DNA of 54,488 bases, taken from NCBI GenBank assembly GCA_050115935.1, contig JASFPO010000001.1, forward strand, positions 1 through 54,488, given 5' to 3'. Numbering within the stretch: position 1 is the stretch's first letter; every line of letters starts with the position of its first letter. A program made the translations under genes and the position numbers. A model generated the notes under the pieces. The model was not told the DNA's origin and searched no databases. It saw only the letters and a program-made list of their open reading frames with translations. The DNA is from Candidatus Bathyarchaeota archaeon. Lineage in GTDB: Archaea; Thermoproteota; Bathyarchaeia; Bathyarchaeales; Bathyarchaeaceae. Below, in pieces: positions 34,041 to 44,863 of this stretch.

Positions 34041-35741
34041 CTAGAATATAGCTGGAGCCTTGTATTCTCCATAGATGCCTTTCAGAACTTCACAGATTTC
34101 TCCAATTGTAGCATGTTTCTTTGTAGCAGTCAAAATATGTGGCAAGAGATTTTCGTTGTGTTCAGCAGCGTCACGTAGCTGATTTAGAACCTTTTCAACA
34201 ACGCGACTGTTTCTCTCTCTCTTAATCCTATTTAGTTTCTCAACTTGGTGTTTCTCTATAGATGGGTCTACTCGCAAAATTGTGATCGGCTCCTCTTCCT
34301 CGGTGGTAAACTCGTTAACACCAACAACTATTCTCTCTTTGCTTTCCACTTCCTTTTGATACCGATAGGCGCTCTCCACGATCTCTCTTTGCATGTAGCC
34401 CTTTTCGATAGCTGCTGTTGCGCCTCCTAGATTGTCGATCTTTTCGATGTAGCGTGCCGCGTCTTCTTCAATCTGATTGGTTAAATATTCAATGTAATAG
34501 GAGCCTGCAAGTGGGTCAACTGTGTCTGCAACGCCGCTTTCATAAGCAACAACTTGCTGAGTTCGCAAAGCTATCCGTACAGCCTCCTCGCTTGGTAAGG
34601 CGTAGGCTTCATCAAAAGAGTTTGTGTGTAATGACTGAGTTCCGCCTAAAGCCGCAGCCAAAGCTTGAAGAGTAACCCGCATAATGTTGTTCCGAGGCTG
34701 CTGAGCCGTCAAGGTAACCCCGGAGGTCTGCGTGTGAAATCTCAATCGCCATGCCTCTGTGTTTTTGGCTTTAAACCTTTCACGCATGATCTTTGCCCAG
34801 AGTCTACGGGCGGCTCGGAACTTGGCGATCTCCTCGATAAAGTTGCTGTGCGAAGCAAAGAAGAAAGACAGTCGCCTTGCGAATTCCTCGAGGTTGAGCC
34901 CTTTTTCTATGGCGGCTTGAACATAAGCTATTCCATTAGCTAAGGTAAACGCTATTTCCTGTGTGGCAGTGGCTCCAGCTTCCCGTATGTGGTAGCCGCT
35001 TATGCTTATTGTGTTCCATCTAGGCATGTTTCTTGAGCAGTATTCGAATATGTCCGTAACCAGTTTCATAGATGGTCGCGGTGGAAATATGTACATTCCT
35101 CGGGCAACATACTCTTTTAGTATGTCGTTCTGAATTGTGCCGCCTAATCGAGCTTGCGCTACACCCTGCTTTTCCGCTACTGCGACGTACATTGCCAACA
35201 GAATCTGCGCTGGAGCATTTATGGTCATGGAAGTCGTAACCTTGTCTAAGGGGATGCCTTCAAACAATGTTTCCACGTCCTGCAAAACGCTGATGTTCAC
35301 ACCAGCCTTCCCAACCTCCCCGCTAGACATGGGATGGTCACAGTCGTAGCCTACTTGAGTTGGGTAATCAAAGGCAACGCTAAGTCCGGTTTGACCCTGT
35401 TGAAGCAGATATTTGAATCGTTGATTAGTTTGCTCAGCAGTGCCAAAACCAGCGTATTGGCGCATGGTCCAGAGACGACCACGATACATGGTAGGATAAA
35501 CGCCACGAGTATAGGGATATTCACCTGGAAAGCCTAGGTCTCGCGAGCAATCGAGCTTATGAACATCAAGAGGAGTATACACTCTTTCAACTGGAACGTT
35601 TGAACTCGTAACGAAGAGCTTCTTTCGCTCTGGAAACCTTGCTAGAGTCTTCTCTGAAGCTCTTTTCCAAGCTTTTCTCCGTTTTTCAATCTCTTTCAGC
35701 TTTTTTTCAGTGAACATTTCTAATCCGCTACCTTCCCGCAT
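34041..35741 (-). CDS. mcmA: Methylmalonyl-CoA mutase, large (catalytic) subunit
   Basis: [43 protein letters not shown]...LSVAFD, a classic MCM N-terminal barrel. No B12-binding domain is fused. Confidence 0.92.
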   Translation of the reverse strand: MREGSGLEMFTEKKLKEIEKRRKAWKRASEKTLARFPERKKLFVTSSNVPVERVYTPLDVHKLDCSRDLGFPGEYPYTRGVYPTMYRGRLWTMRQYAGFGTAEQTNQRFKYLLQQGQTGLSVAFDYPTQVGYDCDHPMSSGEVGKAGVNISVLQDVETLFEGIPLDKVTTSMTINAPAQILLAMYVAVAEKQGVAQARLGGTIQNDILKEYVARGMYIFPPRPSMKLVTDIFEYCSRNMPRWNTISISGYHIREAGATATQEIAFTLANGIAYVQAAIEKGLNLEEFARRLSFFFASHSNFIEEIAKFRAARRLWAKIMRERFKAKNTEAWRLRFHTQTSGVTLTAQQPRNNIMRVTLQALAAALGGTQSLHTNSFDEAYALPSEEAVRIALRTQQVVAYESGVADTVDPLAGSYYIEYLTNQIEEDAARYIEKIDNLGGATAAIEKGYMQREIVESAYRYQKEVESKERIVVGVNEFTTEEEEPITILRVDPSIEKHQVEKLNRIKRERNSRVVEKVLNQLRDAAEHNENLLPHILTATKKHATIGEICEVLKGIYGEYKAPAIF

Positions 35742-35803
35742 AGAAAATCTAAATACGCGTACGATTTAGAGTTTTGCATGTAATTATCGAGTTGGTGAAC
35801 TAG

Positions 35804-36892
35804 TTGCGTTCTCGATTTACGGCTGGCCTCCTTGATTGTTTAAAGCAGATTAAACCTAAGGAGTTCAAGGTTGTAGTTATGCCTGACTTTTTCCTAGACC
35901 GCCTGCTAATTTACAGCGGTGATGGCAAGAAGTTCGCTAAAGATATGGCGGAAGTTGCAGGACGTAAAGGAGGAAGTATCCATGGAATCAGACAGGCAGA
36001 GTTGCGGGGTGGAAACGCAACCAACACAGCAGCTGCTTTGGCCAAGCTTGGCGCTAGAGTTTCTCCCATAATTAGTACGAGTTCATTTGGGCTTCACTTG
36101 CTCAAGTTCTATTTGGAGCCTCTAGGTGTGGACCTTTCCCATATCAAAACGCAAGGCAGTATGGCGCTCACAACAGCGTTCGAACTTCTTCACGAAGACG
36201 AAAGGGTGAATGTTATGATGAGCACATTAGGTTCTTTACCAGACTTCGGTCTAGACAGCTTAACAAAGAACGATTTCAAGGTATTGCAACAGGCAGATTA
36301 CATCTGTGTTTTCCATTGGGCCTGCACCCATCGCTTCGGAACAGAGCTGGCCGAAGGAGTCTTTCGATATGTGAAAGAAGAGGGGAGAGGAAAGACCTAT
36401 CTCGATACATCTGATCCAACGCCTAACTTAGAAGCCGTTCCAAATCTCATAAACAGAGTTCTTTCAGGAAAGCACATCGATGTTCTAAGTGTCAATGAAA
36501 ACGAAGCCTTAATGTACGCATCTCAACTTAGCGAAGAGATCAATCTTCTGCGCCGGAAATTGAAGCCAGAAGAGCTGACAATGGAATGCGCAAGAACCTT
36601 AGCTAAAAACCTTTCAGCGCGGATAGACCTTCACACGACAACATTCTCGGGTTCATTTACACCGAAGAAGGAGGTCGTAGTTCCTGCTTTTAAGGTTCAA
36701 GTTTTGCGGTCTACTGGAGCTGGAGACTCCTGGAATGCGGGCAACATTTGGGGCGATGCTTTGCACATTCCAGATGTTTGCAGGTTAACTTTGGCTAACG
36801 CTGCGGCTGCTTACTATATTTCTGATCCAGTTGCTGAACACCCAACATTGTCTCAAATAGCTGAATTCTGTCTGAATTCGAGAACACAATAA
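35804..36892 (+). CDS. PfkB-family carbohydrate kinase
   Basis: GGNATNTAAALAKLG and GAGDSWNAG (PfkB signature 2). TTG start. Confidence 0.75.
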   Translation: MRSRFTAGLLDCLKQIKPKEFKVVVMPDFFLDRLLIYSGDGKKFAKDMAEVAGRKGGSIHGIRQAELRGGNATNTAAALAKLGARVSPIISTSSFGLHLLKFYLEPLGVDLSHIKTQGSMALTTAFELLHEDERVNVMMSTLGSLPDFGLDSLTKNDFKVLQQADYICVFHWACTHRFGTELAEGVFRYVKEEGRGKTYLDTSDPTPNLEAVPNLINRVLSGKHIDVLSVNENEALMYASQLSEEINLLRRKLKPEELTMECARTLAKNLSARIDLHTTTFSGSFTPKKEVVVPAFKVQVLRSTGAGDSWNAGNIWGDALHIPDVCRLTLANAAAAYYISDPVAEHPTLSQIAEFCLNSRTQ

Positions 36893-36900
36893 TGGAGAGG

Positions 36901-38070
36901 CTAAACTGAGCTCAAATGCAGTATTTGCTTCTCCAGTTTTTGTAATGTTCCTAGGCGTTCAGTAGCTTCATATTTTAATATTCGAAAGGTTTCGGAAGCC
37001 ACAGGATCGCGACGATATAGAACAGCCAGATACATGCTAACCACATCGAGTAGGAATATCAGAGAGAAGAGTCTGCTCAGTGATGTTTTGCCTTGAGGCT
37101 TCAGTTCAATCACTGATCGAGCTTGCTTAGAGAAGAACTTCACTTTTAGAGCTTCGATTCTCGTCTTAACCTCTAAGGGTTCTATCTCTAGATCTCGTAG
37201 CAAAACCAAAGTATAACGTTTCAAAACACTTGAAGACGCTTCCCAACCCATTATCTCGTTGTGATTAAGCTCAGGGAAAACATCAAATCTAGCTGGAAGT
37301 TTGCAGTTCTCGTTGACCTGGCATTTAAAGCGAAGGCCCACGCTCTTGTAAGGATTGTAACAGTAGACAACAGGTATGGTTCCAAAGATTTCAAGCGCAA
37401 CCTTCTTGGCAAGATTCCGCTCGATGGTCACCTCGACAGCAAGCTCCTCCGCTAATTTGTCAACAGTATCAATCGCGTCTCCCATTTCCCTCTCCACCTT
37501 TTCCACTGAAAGAACCTGCAGTTGAGCCAACAAGTATGGAAGAGGTGCAAACAAGTAAGGCAGAGAAACTCTAGCAGCTGCCATTTCTGGTAATCCAATT
37601 AAAGGCAGTTCTAAGGCTTTTGCCGCTCTTCCTAGAGAACCATTTGATGATATTGCAATGATCTGGCAACCTTTCCTTGCGGCATCAAGCATGCAACTCA
37701 AAGTTTCCTCGGTGTCACCTGAATAGCTTATGAAGAAAACAAGTGATTTTTCATTCAGATATGCGGGCAGGTGATAGCCCCGAACAGTTTCGATTGGAAC
37801 CTCAATCTCGTTCCCAATCCAATCTTTAAGAATGTCCCCTGCAATTGCAGAGCCACCCATTCCAGCTAAAACGACATTTTCTACATCTCTGTAGTGAATT
37901 ATACGCTGACCAACTTTCACATGTTCAGGCAATGCAAAGGCCTTAATGTTCTTCACTGCTTTCCTTAGATTTCTGGAGAAGTCAAATTCATCCTTGAACA
38001 GACCACTCTTATCTAAACGAAAAATGGCTTCTTTATCATCTAAGGTTTTCATATCTGCAACCTTTGTCAT
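36901..38070 (-). CDS. Bifunctional phosphoglucose/phosphomannose isomerase (SIS domain)
   Basis: VVLAGMGGSAIAGD, FFISYSGDTEETL, and the C-terminal ELNHNEIMGWE motif typical of archaeal PGI/PMI. Confidence 0.75.
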   Translation of the reverse strand: MTKVADMKTLDDKEAIFRLDKSGLFKDEFDFSRNLRKAVKNIKAFALPEHVKVGQRIIHYRDVENVVLAGMGGSAIAGDILKDWIGNEIEVPIETVRGYHLPAYLNEKSLVFFISYSGDTEETLSCMLDAARKGCQIIAISSNGSLGRAAKALELPLIGLPEMAAARVSLPYLFAPLPYLLAQLQVLSVEKVEREMGDAIDTVDKLAEELAVEVTIERNLAKKVALEIFGTIPVVYCYNPYKSVGLRFKCQVNENCKLPARFDVFPELNHNEIMGWEASSSVLKRYTLVLLRDLEIEPLEVKTRIEALKVKFFSKQARSVIELKPQGKTSLSRLFSLIFLLDVVSMYLAVLYRRDPVASETFRILKYEATERLGTLQKLEKQILHLSSV

Positions 38071-38090
38071 GCATCTCACTCTCAATTTCA

Positions 38091-39380
38091 CTACTGTAAC
38101 TCAAATCTGCGTTTAACAACCCTTGCCTTTCTTCTTTCTTCGCTCGTGAGCTTAAAGATTTTTTTCAACAATTCAATGTCCTCTCGAGTTTGCATTGCAC
38201 CTCTGCGCGTGAAGATTCGCTTCTGGGTCTCAATAGCCGACTGCAAAAAGAGTTCAGTGGGCTTTGCACCAAGGCTTTTCGCCCACAAAGTGAAGGAGGG
38301 AACGTCCTCTGTGACGAAGCCGTGAGCATGCGATGAAACGCCTATCCTTTTGCCTGTATAAACTTGTGTCCCGATAGATGTTTTAGCATAATCGCCTATG
38401 AAGCATCCGACTTTGAGAGAACGAGTATCTATCTTCTTTTCTTTTATGGTGACTTTTACTGTTCCGTAGGTATTCTTGAGGTCTGAGTTTGTGGTGTCGG
38501 CGCCGATGTTGACCCACTCGCCAATGTAAGAGTGCCCAACATAGCCAGTGTGGTATTTGTTTGTGCAGCTGTGAAGAATCGTTGCATCTAATTCCCCGCC
38601 AACCCGGCAAACCTTTCCAATATGGCAACCTTCCCGTATAAGCCCAGACGCAACAATTGTCTTGTGTCCAATGTAAGCAGGTCCAGTGATTCTTGAGCCT
38701 GCGTGCACTATGGTTTCTTTGCCGATGTGAATTGGGCCACTTCTAAGGTCCAAGACGGCGAACGCTTCGATAGAAGCTCCTTCACCTAGGTGTAAATTCG
38801 AAGCATCCCCATACAAGACGGCTTGCTTGTCTATTGTTCCCTCGGAGCCTTTCTCCTGGATCAACTTGAAATCTTTTCTGATTAACTCTGCACAATTGCT
38901 GACCAAATCCCAAGGATACGCCATAGATAGCGTGTTTTGTGTCTTCAAAATCTTACATCCTTTAACGATTCGCTTCAACTGACGTTGGGTAATAGGTTTG
39001 CAGAGCGTCTCAGCGTGTTTCTCAGCAACCTTTCTGCTCAAATGGGCTAGAATGACTCTTCCATCTTGCACCATCGCAACGTTTCTGTCAAGTTTCTTTT
39101 GAATCAACTGCTTTATTTGCCTCTCGACTACTAGCGTGCCGTTCACGAGAATGAGATCGTCATTTATTGCGTCTGGATTGTTTATGAAGCGTATATCATG
39201 TTGTTTAAAGGTAGGTACTAGATAATCCCTCGTGAAGAGCAAAAGGGAATGATCTGGAAACACTTTCTTGAGGCGTTCTAGAAAACTGAAAATCCCGCTT
39301 TTGAGTTCGAAAACTGGTTTTGAATAGGTGAGAGGAAAGAAGTTTTCGAAAGTGTCATCTTCAAACAAAGATATTATCAT
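38091..39380 (-). CDS. Sugar-phosphate nucleotidyltransferase-like protein with a left-handed beta-helix domain
   Basis: N-terminal MIISLFEDD..FFPLTYSKPVFEL, and hexapeptide-repeat-rich C-terminal two thirds (IGKETIV, IGHKTIV, IGKVCRV, IGEWVNIG). Confidence 0.7.
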   Translation of the reverse strand: MIISLFEDDTFENFFPLTYSKPVFELKSGIFSFLERLKKVFPDHSLLLFTRDYLVPTFKQHDIRFINNPDAINDDLILVNGTLVVERQIKQLIQKKLDRNVAMVQDGRVILAHLSRKVAEKHAETLCKPITQRQLKRIVKGCKILKTQNTLSMAYPWDLVSNCAELIRKDFKLIQEKGSEGTIDKQAVLYGDASNLHLGEGASIEAFAVLDLRSGPIHIGKETIVHAGSRITGPAYIGHKTIVASGLIREGCHIGKVCRVGGELDATILHSCTNKYHTGYVGHSYIGEWVNIGADTTNSDLKNTYGTVKVTIKEKKIDTRSLKVGCFIGDYAKTSIGTQVYTGKRIGVSSHAHGFVTEDVPSFTLWAKSLGAKPTELFLQSAIETQKRIFTRRGAMQTREDIELLKKIFKLTSEERRKARVVKRRFELQ

Positions 39381-39451
39381 CTGACTTGTCTCCCCTACGT
39401 GTTGCTAAGTAGCAATAGATAAGGAGCTTTCAGCTTTAAAATTAGTGTGAG

Positions 39452-39907
39452 TTAAGCTTCCATCTTTCCTGAAAGCTTTGCTGTTTGGGAATAATATTCT
39501 TGCGCAGCTTTTAGAGCCTTTTCTGCGTCTACCTTTTTTGAGAAATATGCAAAGATCTTTTTGTATTCTGGGTTTGACTCTAGTTCCTCACATTTCTTGA
39601 AGAACTTCTGAGCTTGCTTCAGTTTTCCTTCATAGAGAGCTAATTCTCCAGCTGCTTGATAGTTGATTCTTGCTCTTAGAAGGTCTTTTCCCTTTTCGAA
39701 CCCTTCAGCTCTTTTGAGGTAAAAGTCCATCCCTTCGTCGCGTAACCTCGCTGGATCAATGAGCACCGTATGGTTTAGCACAGTGAGAAGCTCAGTGTCG
39801 TCTCCGCAAAGCCTTTCCAGTAAGGACAATCCAGTGGATTTGGGTTTCTTCTCTTCCCTCTTCTTCTCTGGTTCTTTTTTCTTTCTGAAAAATCCTAGTG
39901 GTGTCAT
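39452..39907 (-). CDS. Hypothetical helical (TPR-like) protein
   Basis: 151 aa. Basic N-terminus, then helical repeats (YLKRAEGFEKGKDLLRARINYQAAGELALYEGKLKQAQKFFKK). Confidence 0.5.
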   Translation of the reverse strand: MTPLGFFRKKKEPEKKREEKKPKSTGLSLLERLCGDDTELLTVLNHTVLIDPARLRDEGMDFYLKRAEGFEKGKDLLRARINYQAAGELALYEGKLKQAQKFFKKCEELESNPEYKKIFAYFSKKVDAEKALKAAQEYYSQTAKLSGKMEA

Positions 39908-40017
39908 GTTCGGTTATTAATGGGGCGAAAATAAAAGTGTTTCTGCTTGGCCTAAATATGTTGAAATGCAAAACTCTTTTAACAGCAGTGACAAATTAAT
40001 GCGAAGGTGAAGGGAAG

Positions 40018-40440
40018 TTGTCGGTGGCTCAAAGAAAGTTTTTTGGAGAAATCGGAGCTTTACTTGAGAAATCGGTTATAGTTGTAACTATTAACGGTAA
40101 ATCTTACACAGGAAGCCTTGTTGGCATAAACCCTGACACGCTAAGTCTGTGTTTGGCTGAGGCTAAGGATGATAAGGGACATGCCATGCATAGAGTGGTC
40201 TTGAGCGGCAATGTGGTTGCTCAGATCTTAGCCGTGGAGAAACCCTTTGATCTCAAAGCCCTAGCTGAAAGGCTGGAAAAAGTTTTTCCAACAATGGTCA
40301 AGCTCTATGAAGATAAGGGATTCATTTGGGTTATGGACAAGGTTAAGGTCACTGAGAAAGGTGTGGTTGAGGGCACTGGACCAGCCGCTGAAAGAGTTCA
40401 AAAAGTTTATTCGTTGTTTGTTAGGGAAGGCTCAGGTTAA
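40018..40440 (+). CDS. Sm-like (LSm) protein with a C-terminal extension
   Basis: VIVVTINGKSYTGSLVGINPDTLSLCLAEA...VVLSGNVVAQI fits Sm1/Sm2. An extra domain of about 60 aa follows. TTG/GTG start. Confidence 0.7.
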   Translation: MSVAQRKFFGEIGALLEKSVIVVTINGKSYTGSLVGINPDTLSLCLAEAKDDKGHAMHRVVLSGNVVAQILAVEKPFDLKALAERLEKVFPTMVKLYEDKGFIWVMDKVKVTEKGVVEGTGPAAERVQKVYSLFVREGSG

Positions 40441-41192
40441 ATGTGCCAGCGAAACCGCTGCTCTTCTTTTTCTTTCTCTTTATTTGGCTGAGAAGCGAGA
40501 CCAAACGATTCAAGAATTTTACTGGTTGTCTCCACAGCTGAGTTTAGACGATTTAAATCCATGTCTAAATGTAGCATTTTGCTGATTGCCCCTAAAATCT
40601 CCCGGGCCGCGGAGGCGTCTGGATAGTAGCCAGAGGTTTCAGCGAGGAGACAGAAACCTTTCATGTTTCGAAGTTTGCCTAACCCAACAAGAAGCCCAGC
40701 TACACCGAAAATCTGGCCTTCAATTATCTCCGCGCCCAAATCAGATGCATCTTTAAGGGCCTCAAGGTCTGACGCCGCACAATAGAGTTTTGGGGGGACG
40801 TCAACTTTTTCCCTTTTCCTTAGACCGCCTAACGTCAAAATGTAGTGGCAATCCAGTTCATCTGCAATGTCTAGAATGCGCCCGCACAGTTCGTATTGCC
40901 CGATTGTGGTTAATGCTTGGGTGTTGCCATGAAGAATTATTAGGTCGCGTTCTTTCTCCCGACCCTTATGATAGTATAGTTCGTTTGTTGGAAAGCGTGT
41001 CTTGCCATTTTCAGCTGTGATTGCGAAGTCTTGAAAGGAAGAAGAGTGGATTTCTGCGAAACGCTTGGCTTTCAACTCTTGAATGAGATGTAACGCAGCG
41101 ATGTTGGCAACAAATCCTATGCCGGGTAGTCCCTCAATTAAAACGGGATTAGTTAAAATGGGTTTTTCATATATTTTGGCGGTGCAGGTCAT
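40437..41192 (-). CDS. PAC2-family proteasome assembly chaperone (paralog 2)
   Basis: LIEGLPGIGFVANIAALHLIQEL...ILTLGGL, the same family pattern as 24932..25675. Confidence 0.75.
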   Translation of the reverse strand: MTCTAKIYEKPILTNPVLIEGLPGIGFVANIAALHLIQELKAKRFAEIHSSSFQDFAITAENGKTRFPTNELYYHKGREKERDLIILHGNTQALTTIGQYELCGRILDIADELDCHYILTLGGLRKREKVDVPPKLYCAASDLEALKDASDLGAEIIEGQIFGVAGLLVGLGKLRNMKGFCLLAETSGYYPDASAAREILGAISKMLHLDMDLNRLNSAVETTSKILESFGLASQPNKEKEKEEQRFRWHI

Positions 41193-41298
41193 GATGGAGA
41201 TTCCTCTAGGCCAGATTATATGAGTGAGCAAATGTCCTTATAAACATCATTAAAGACATAAGTGCGTTCTTGGATTATCTCAGGACGGATATGACTCT

Positions 41299-42921
41299 AT
41301 GTCGTTCGAGATAAGAGATAGAGACCTTCTTGCGCGAGTTGGCAGAATAAGGACAAAGAGCGGAGTGTTTGAGACGCCTGCGTTGTTGCCGGTTGTTAAT
41401 CCATCAGTCCAGCCGATTCCACCAAAAAAAATAAAGGAACTGTTTGGCTGCAAGGCGCTCATAACTAACGCCTACATTATAAAGAAGAACTTTGCAGGTA
41501 AAGCCGTTCACAAGAGTCTTCACAAACTGCTGGATTTTGACGGAGTTTTAATGACTGATTCTGGTGCATATCAAATTCTAGTCTACGGCAATGTAGAAGT
41601 AAGCCCAGAAGAGATTGTGAGCTATCAAGAAGAAATCAACACAGACATAGCCACAATACTAGATGTGCCAACTGGCTGGGAAGTCTCAAAGGAGCATGTG
41701 CAATGCACGGTAAAAGAAACTCTGAAAAGAGCAGAGAAATTGCAGAAAATAAAGACGCGAAACGATATTGTGTGGGTTGGCCCAGTTCAAGGCGGAAGCT
41801 TTCTTGATCTTGTGGCAAAATCGGCAAAGAGCATGGGAAAGTTGCCTTTTGAAATTCATGCTCTCGGAAGCCCAACGCCAGTTATGGAGCAATATCTCTT
41901 TGACACACTGGTTGACATGATCTTAACAGCAAAGATGAACTTGCCCCCTGACCGCCCACTTCACCTCTTTGGAGCCGGACACCCATTCATGTTTGCACTA
42001 GCTGTAGCTCTAGGTTGTGATCTCTTCGACTCAGCTGCTTACGCAATTTTCGCCCGAGAAGATCGCTACATGACAGAACACGGAACCACAAGGCTGAATA
42101 AACTCACATATCTCCCCTGTTCATGCCCCATATGCACCAAATATGACACCAAAAATCTAAGAGAGACGCCAAAAAACAAAAGACAGAAACTGCTTGCTCA
42201 GCACAACCTCTATGTTTGCTTTTCCGAAATGAGGCGGATAAAGCAAGCAATCATCGAAGGCAGACTCTGGGAATATCTAGAAATGAAGGCACGTAGCCAT
42301 CCCGCACTATTTCAAGCCTTCAAAAGGCTAAAGAGCTATGAGAATTACCTCGAAAGAACCAGTCCAGTAACAAAGAAGAGTGGCCTCTTCTTTTTCAATT
42401 CAGCTGGATTAGCCCGTCCAGAAATCGTACGCCACAGAAGAAAACTCTTGACAAGTTATCAACCGCCAAAAGAAGCAACGACTTTAGTTTTACTGCCTCA
42501 GACCAAAGCTAAGCCCTTTCACATGTCAAGTGCACAACAGAAACTATGGAGGGCAATTAGACTTGAAATGGGCCCAAGATCAAATAGAATCCATATGTGC
42601 ACTTATGCTGCACCTTTTGGAGTGGTGCCAACTGAGATCGACGAGGTCTATCCGCTTTCTCAATATGAGACTACCGTTCCCTTCGACACTGAAACGATGG
42701 ACTACGTTGCTGAACAGCTTGGGAACTACATAATTAAAACAGATTACGCCAGAGTTATACTGGTAGAAAGTTCAGACCTGTGGAAAGGAAAAATAGCAGC
42801 GAAATGCAAGAAAGCGTGCAGAGAACGAGGTTTGCCATTAACCACACTTCAAATGAAACAGCCATGGAACAAGAAAGCAGTAGGCAAAATCTTGAAGACA
42901 ATACAAGAAGCTGTCATGTAA
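41299..42921 (+). CDS. tgtA: Archaeosine tRNA-guanine transglycosylase (ArcTGT)
   Basis: MSFEIRDRDLLARVGRIRTKSGVFETPALLPVVNP, LMTDSGAYQ, CSCPIC Zn site. 540 aa. Confidence 0.88.
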   Translation: MSFEIRDRDLLARVGRIRTKSGVFETPALLPVVNPSVQPIPPKKIKELFGCKALITNAYIIKKNFAGKAVHKSLHKLLDFDGVLMTDSGAYQILVYGNVEVSPEEIVSYQEEINTDIATILDVPTGWEVSKEHVQCTVKETLKRAEKLQKIKTRNDIVWVGPVQGGSFLDLVAKSAKSMGKLPFEIHALGSPTPVMEQYLFDTLVDMILTAKMNLPPDRPLHLFGAGHPFMFALAVALGCDLFDSAAYAIFAREDRYMTEHGTTRLNKLTYLPCSCPICTKYDTKNLRETPKNKRQKLLAQHNLYVCFSEMRRIKQAIIEGRLWEYLEMKARSHPALFQAFKRLKSYENYLERTSPVTKKSGLFFFNSAGLARPEIVRHRRKLLTSYQPPKEATTLVLLPQTKAKPFHMSSAQQKLWRAIRLEMGPRSNRIHMCTYAAPFGVVPTEIDEVYPLSQYETTVPFDTETMDYVAEQLGNYIIKTDYARVILVESSDLWKGKIAAKCKKACRERGLPLTTLQMKQPWNKKAVGKILKTIQEAVM

Positions 42922-42922
42922 A

Positions 42923-43525
42923 ATGAAGACACAAATAGATCTTCACCTGCACACGAAATTTTCAGGAGATTCCATAATCAGCCCCAAGTTCATTGTGGAA
43001 CAACTTCACGCTCATCCTTTTATCAAGGCAGTGGCCATAACAGACCACAACACCTTGCAGGGCTACAGGGAAGTACGTAGACTCGCCTCTTCTTACCGGG
43101 ACCTAACAATAATTCCTGGAATTGAAGTGTCAACGCGTCAAGGAGACATAGTCGTTTTAGGCGTCGAAGAGGAACCATCCTATGCTTCGACTGCTTGGGA
43201 AGCAGTTGAATTTGCCAAAGCAAGAGCGGGAGTTATAGTCATACCACATCCCTTCCGCATAAACGGCATAGGAAGCCTTGCTGAGAAGATAAATGCAGAC
43301 GCGATAGAAGTGATAAATCCTACAGCAACCCAGAGAGAGAACAAGATGGCTCAAGAACTAGCCAGAATGAGAAAACTGCCAGAGATTGCGGGGAGTGACG
43401 CGCATGCACCAGCACTCATGTGGACCGCATATGCTGAAGTGAACGCAGGGCCTAATGTCGATGAGATTCTGAAAGCGATCAAAATTGGTCAGGTGAAGCC
43501 ACTTTCGGCAAATGCTATGATTTAA
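42923..43525 (+). CDS. PHP-domain metal-dependent phosphoesterase
   Basis: DLHLHTKFSGDS, ITDHNT, IPHPFR, GSDAH motifs. Confidence 0.8.
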   Translation: MKTQIDLHLHTKFSGDSIISPKFIVEQLHAHPFIKAVAITDHNTLQGYREVRRLASSYRDLTIIPGIEVSTRQGDIVVLGVEEEPSYASTAWEAVEFAKARAGVIVIPHPFRINGIGSLAEKINADAIEVINPTATQRENKMAQELARMRKLPEIAGSDAHAPALMWTAYAEVNAGPNVDEILKAIKIGQVKPLSANAMI

Positions 43526-44854
43526 ATGCTTGATTGTCTAATCATTGAAGGAAAAACTGGAAGCTTAAGGGCATTTATGGATGGTGACACAGTTCCTTTG
43601 AAGATTCGGTTTCTCGGCGGAACAAGAGAAGTTGGAAGATCGGCGCTAAGTGTGACGACTAAAAAGACCAAGATTCTGTTGGATTACGGCGTTATGTTTG
43701 ATCGTGAACCTGGATTTCCAATGCATGTTCAGCCCAAAGATGTTGATGCGATTGTTATGACACATAGCCATCTGGATCATTCTGGAGCCATCCCTGTTTT
43801 TCACATGCATGAGAAAACCCCGGTTTTTGGAACACGGTTATCTTTTGATTTGGTGCAACTTCTGATTTCAGACTTTATCCATTTGTCAGGTTACTATCTT
43901 CCTTTCGAATACATTGAGCTGCAAACAATGTTGCGAAGTTGTGTTCACCTCGATTACAGAGAACCGAGAACCGTTGGAGATGCTCAGATTCAAATCCTAG
44001 ATGCAGGTCACATACCTGGAAGCGCCCAAGCCTTGGTAGAGGCAGAGGGGAAAAGACTACTCTACACTAGCGACTACAATCTAACCGAAACCCGTCTCCT
44101 TCCCAGAGCTGACAAAAACTATGGCAAACTCGACGCGTTAATCATTGAAAGTACCTATGCAGACGAGGATCATCCAGATAGAAAGGTTGTGGAGAAAGAA
44201 TTTATAGAAAGCATAACAGAAGTTGTGGAAAATGGCGGAACAGTTCTTGTTCCAGCCTTTGGTGTTGGACGCTCCCAGGAAATCATTTGCATACTTGCAG
44301 CCCATCATTTCGATCATCCAGTCACCATCGATGGAATGACACGGAAAACCAACCGGATTCTGACGAACCATACTACCTTTTTACGAGATTCCCGCCTGTT
44401 TATGGACGCCATCCACTCTGCCACCTGGGTAGAAGGCTGGCGCGACCGAAGAGGAGTAACAAGAAAACCAGGCGTTGTAGTGTCGCCTGCCGGAATGTTG
44501 AAGGGAGGACCTGCAGCTTTCTATGTACAAAAGCTCGGAAAGAAAAGTCGAAACGCCATTTTTCTGGTAAGCTACCAGATTCCAGGGACTCCAGGTCGAG
44601 AACTGTTAGAGAAGGGACGATGTGTCATTGACGGAAAGATCCGTAAGGTGAAAGCAAAAGTTGGAAGATTCAATTTTTCATCTCATTGTGGAGCCAATGA
44701 ACTTCAAGAAACAGTGAAGAACTTAGAAGGCAACCCTAAGGTCTATGTGGTACATGGTGCTGAAGGCAACTGCAAGCGATTCGTCAAATGGATAAAGAAA
44801 GAAATGGAATTCGAAGCAGTAGCGCCGAGATCTGGGGATACATTTACAATTTAG
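43526..44854 (+). CDS. MBL-fold beta-CASP ribonuclease (aCPSF2-like)
   Basis: THSHLDHSG, DAGHIPGSA, ESTYAD, plus a C-terminal HG motif. 442 aa. Confidence 0.85.
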   Translation: MLDCLIIEGKTGSLRAFMDGDTVPLKIRFLGGTREVGRSALSVTTKKTKILLDYGVMFDREPGFPMHVQPKDVDAIVMTHSHLDHSGAIPVFHMHEKTPVFGTRLSFDLVQLLISDFIHLSGYYLPFEYIELQTMLRSCVHLDYREPRTVGDAQIQILDAGHIPGSAQALVEAEGKRLLYTSDYNLTETRLLPRADKNYGKLDALIIESTYADEDHPDRKVVEKEFIESITEVVENGGTVLVPAFGVGRSQEIICILAAHHFDHPVTIDGMTRKTNRILTNHTTFLRDSRLFMDAIHSATWVEGWRDRRGVTRKPGVVVSPAGMLKGGPAAFYVQKLGKKSRNAIFLVSYQIPGTPGRELLEKGRCVIDGKIRKVKAKVGRFNFSSHCGANELQETVKNLEGNPKVYVVHGAEGNCKRFVKWIKKEMEFEAVAPRSGDTFTI

Positions 44855-44863
44855 GAAGCCGCA

